A stretch of DNA of 59,930 nucleotides, the filler included. It is 7 parts of 7 records of this genome, joined end to end, with 100 filler letters (N's around TTAATTAATTAA, not from the genome) between each part and the next. Parts side by side here need not be neighbours in the genome. Positions count along the whole stretch, not along the records: positions 47,327 to 59,930 come from SRR31156797_28967; 6 more parts are not named here. One strand, 5' to 3'. Positions 57,799 to 59,930 of this stretch are shown here, in pieces. Under the pieces are notes generated by a model that did no database searches, was not told the origin of the DNA, and saw only the letters and a program-made list of their open reading frames with translations. Position numbers and translations under genes: made by a program. The first letter of the stretch is position 1; each line of letters opens with the position of its first letter.

Positions 57799-58140
57799 AT
57801 GGACACTGAACTATTACAAGAGTTGGCTATTATTAGCGCAATTATTAATGTTGTTATGATTGTTTTATTTTTCGTTTTGGTAAACAATGTTTCTAAAATT
57901 AAACGAAGATTAGATCAACAGAAAGGATTAGAGGTCAAATTCAAAGCTGATTCGGCTGAATTCAGGAATGACCCAAAGAAACTGAATTATTTTATGGACT
58001 ATATATATTTCACACATATCAGATCCAGTATACCTGTAAAGCAAAAGAAAACTTTAATAAAGGAATACTACGATAGAATTAAGGAAATTGGTGGTGAGGA
58101 CTTTGTTCCTGAATATATAAAGACTGAATATAAACTGTAA
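57799..58140 (+). CDS. Small N-terminally anchored membrane protein (moron)
   Basis: TM helix LAIISAIINVVMIVLFFVLV; own promoter-like element. Confidence 0.65.
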   Translation: MDTELLQELAIISAIINVVMIVLFFVLVNNVSKIKRRLDQQKGLEVKFKADSAEFRNDPKKLNYFMDYIYFTHIRSSIPVKQKKTLIKEYYDRIKEIGGEDFVPEYIKTEYKL

Positions 58141-58169
58141 AAAGTTTATAATTTCTATATCTTTACAAA

Positions 58170-58305
58170 GTCGCACCATTTACACAGTAGTAATGGGCAA
58201 TATTGCCCGGTCGGAAGTAGGGAGCGAGACCCTATACATTCCCATTATTGTGTGAAGAGTGCGACAGTTCGACCGGGTTCTTTTACCCAATAAAAACTGT
58301 CGCAC
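58170..58305 (+). ncRNA. Highly structured leader with mutually exclusive pairings (C4/CI-like antisense or riboregulator candidate)
   Basis: GTCGCAC (58170-76) and AACTGTCGCAC (58295-305) are both complementary to GTGCGAC(AGTT) (58259-69); CCCGGTCG (58206-13) pairs with CGACCGGG (58270-77); further internal stems. Confidence 0.55.
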
Positions 58306-58542
58306 ATGGAAAGTATTTTAGAAGAATTGCTCAACATATTTGAAAAGCGATACCAACCTGCTTTTAATATTGTTGAGAGTGATGAGCAGCTATCTTCAAC
58401 AGAGATAATGACTTTGTTTAACTCAGCCGCAAAGTTCACTAAACATGAAATTTACGAAGGTCTGCGTTCCAGAGATTTCGTTATGAAATTGGTTGGTGGC
58501 CAGTTCTTATGGCTGGTAAAAGAAAACAAAAGCCCCAGATAA
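58306..58542 (+). CDS. Small hypothetical protein (possible winged-helix)
   Basis: 78 aa, starting immediately after the structured leader and ending in the terminator. Confidence 0.6.
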   Translation: MESILEELLNIFEKRYQPAFNIVESDEQLSSTEIMTLFNSAAKFTKHEIYEGLRSRDFVMKLVGGQFLWLVKENKSPR

Positions 58543-58553
58543 TGGGGCTTTTG
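58527..58553. terminator. Bidirectional rho-independent terminator
   Basis: CAAAAGCCCCA-gataa-TGGGGCTTTTG between convergent genes. Confidence 0.85.
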
Positions 58554-58555
58554 CT

Positions 58556-59767
58556 TTATAAACGAGGATAGTTCTTTCTTATACTTTCAATTCTTCTTCC
58601 TCCTTTTTGCTTTAGATATGTTGATGTAGTTCTTAAATCAGTATGTCCCATCTGATCACTAATATCTTTTTCGGGGATATTTGCTTCACTTGCTAAAACA
58701 CCTCCTGTATGTTTCCAGGAATAAAATTTATATTCTTCAGGCATATTTAAAGCTTTGCGATATTTTACAAATCTAAATCTAAGATTGTTTTTGCCCAGAT
58801 GCTCTGGTCCCGGTTTGTAATCCTTACCAATTACATAATGATCCCTTGGAAATGTATGCAGTTGATATACGTTTCTTAGTTTTAATAGAAAATGTTCCGG
58901 TATTTCCTTTACATTTTCTCTTCTGGTTTTAAAGTTGGCTCTATTAATATGTATTATACCTCTGGCAAAATCGATATCGCCAATCTTCAACATTCTTAAT
59001 TCATGCCCTGGACGTATGTAGCAATAGAACTCAAATTCAATAGCCATCCATAGTTGCGGATCATTTTCCTTGATGTATTTCTTAAATGGCTCAATATCGA
59101 ATTTTTGAATAGGACGTGGAGCCTGGTCATTAATTCTGTCTGTTGTAGGAATTTTATATACAGGATTTATTTTCAGAGCTTTTTCTTCAACAATAGTTTC
59201 GAAAAGATTGAAAATAATCTGCCTGTATTTTTGAATACTCCTTTTTGATAATGTTCTTTCATCAATTAAAAAATTAAAGAACTCAATTATTGTATTATTA
59301 TCAATTGCAGTTACATCAGCATCAGCAAATCCTTTCGCATTTAGCCAGGCATTAAATGTGCGTAATTTACTTCGGTAAGTGTTGGCTGTTCCGTGCGAGT
59401 TCTTTTTAATAACCTGCTCCATAAACAAACTACCAAAATAATTGATAGTTCTGTTTTTGTTTTTCTTAGTGTTGTAAATATCTACAATATGTCTGTACTC
59501 CAGCTGATCTTCATAAATACCTTTACTGGTATCTTCAAAAGGAGTCCATCCGTTTTCTAATTTATCCAGATACTCTTCAGCTTTCTTATTGGCAGCTTCT
59601 AGCCGTTCATCGAAGTCCTTATACTTATGAAGGCCTTTGTAATCTTTAAAGCGCTCCATCTTTCCGGTTCGTGGATTTCTAACAGAATAGTAAACGAACC
59701 ATTTCTTTAAAAGATCACCTCCGCAGGTATTCACCTTCGGAGGGATCGCAATCTTCATTCTTGACAT
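58556..59767 (-). CDS. int: Tyrosine recombinase / phage integrase
   Basis: N-terminal arm-binding region (KWFVYY), SAM-like domain, YIRPGHELR, FKT, YSWKHTG and QMGHTDLRTTSTY. Confidence 0.92.
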   Translation of the reverse strand: MSRMKIAIPPKVNTCGGDLLKKWFVYYSVRNPRTGKMERFKDYKGLHKYKDFDERLEAANKKAEEYLDKLENGWTPFEDTSKGIYEDQLEYRHIVDIYNTKKNKNRTINYFGSLFMEQVIKKNSHGTANTYRSKLRTFNAWLNAKGFADADVTAIDNNTIIEFFNFLIDERTLSKRSIQKYRQIIFNLFETIVEEKALKINPVYKIPTTDRINDQAPRPIQKFDIEPFKKYIKENDPQLWMAIEFEFYCYIRPGHELRMLKIGDIDFARGIIHINRANFKTRRENVKEIPEHFLLKLRNVYQLHTFPRDHYVIGKDYKPGPEHLGKNNLRFRFVKYRKALNMPEEYKFYSWKHTGGVLASEANIPEKDISDQMGHTDLRTTSTYLKQKGGRRIESIRKNYPRL

Positions 59768-59822
59768 AACTACTGAAATTTATGTTTCGTTCCCCAACGC
59801 TCATTAAATCTCAAATCGTTAT

Positions 59823-59866
59823 ATGTCTACTTTTTGTCCACCACAATAAAAAAATGTCTACTTTTT
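59823..59866. repeat. Direct repeat ATGTCTACTTTTT x2; probable integrase arm-type sites
   Basis: Copies at 59823-59835 and 59854-59866, plus a related TGTCCAC at 59835-59841, lying between int and the tRNA. Confidence 0.7.
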
Positions 59867-59902
59867 AGTGTAACTGTTTGATATTGAGGTGTCATTTTGT
59901 TT

Positions 59903-59930
59903 TGGTCGGGATGACAGGATTTGAACCTGC
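59903..59930 (-). tRNA. 3' end of tRNA-Pro-like sequence (T-arm, acceptor stem, CCA); prophage att site, truncated by window end
   Basis: Minus strand GCAGGTTCAAATCCTGTCATCCCGACCA; anticodon not visible, so Pro is inferred from the acceptor stem. Confidence 0.8.

Larger units (their letters stand above)
47327..59930. mobile_element. End of a Bacteroidota-type tailed prophage integrated at tRNA-Pro
   Basis: Co-oriented tightly packed tail-like genes, tape measure protein, terminal tyrosine integrase, arm-like repeats and tRNA 3' end. Confidence 0.85.

Noticed and set aside
47327-59930. Diversity-generating retroelement or CRISPR array in the prophage
   Set aside because: No reverse transcriptase, no TR/VR pair and no regularly spaced repeats were seen here or elsewhere in the window by eye.

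Overview
This window is not one locus. It is seven unrelated contigs joined by artificial 100-bp spacers (N44-TTAATTAATTAA-N44), probably from an anoxic-community metagenome. (1) 1-8427, AT-rich: a SIR2-like/STAND-NTPase gene faces a convergent four-gene aminocyclitol-type operon (inositol-phosphate synthase fused to a BtrR-like aminotransferase, two BtrN-like radical SAM enzymes, a GNAT). The whole contig is bounded by a perfect 30-bp inverted repeat that contains the RBS and first three codons of both arms. This is the best candidate for an undescribed system: a possible invertible either/or cassette. (2) 8528-18253, Methanosarcinales-like archaeon: DUF1614, KaiC-like ATPase, pyrC, pstSCAB-phoU, a second phoU and partial polB. 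(3) 18354-29464, Desulfobacterota-like: a non-pyrrolysine MttB demethylation operon with a sigma54 promoter, divergent from a giant pseudokinase-STAND-GAF-sigma54 activator. (4) 29565-34996, Bacteroidota: susC-susD-PKD lipoprotein. (5) 35097-41844, high-GC spirochaete-like: sugar ABC transporter with GH31, yaiI and partial manA. (6) 41945-47226, Desulfobacterota-like: partial cheW, a cfa-like/GGR-like pair, a BCCT transporter and a partial pterin-binding methyltransferase. (7) 47327-59930, Bacteroidota prophage end: tail genes, tape measure, morons, a structured leader, an integrase and a tRNA-Pro 3' end (att). Family and taxon calls come from motif recognition only; no searches were run.
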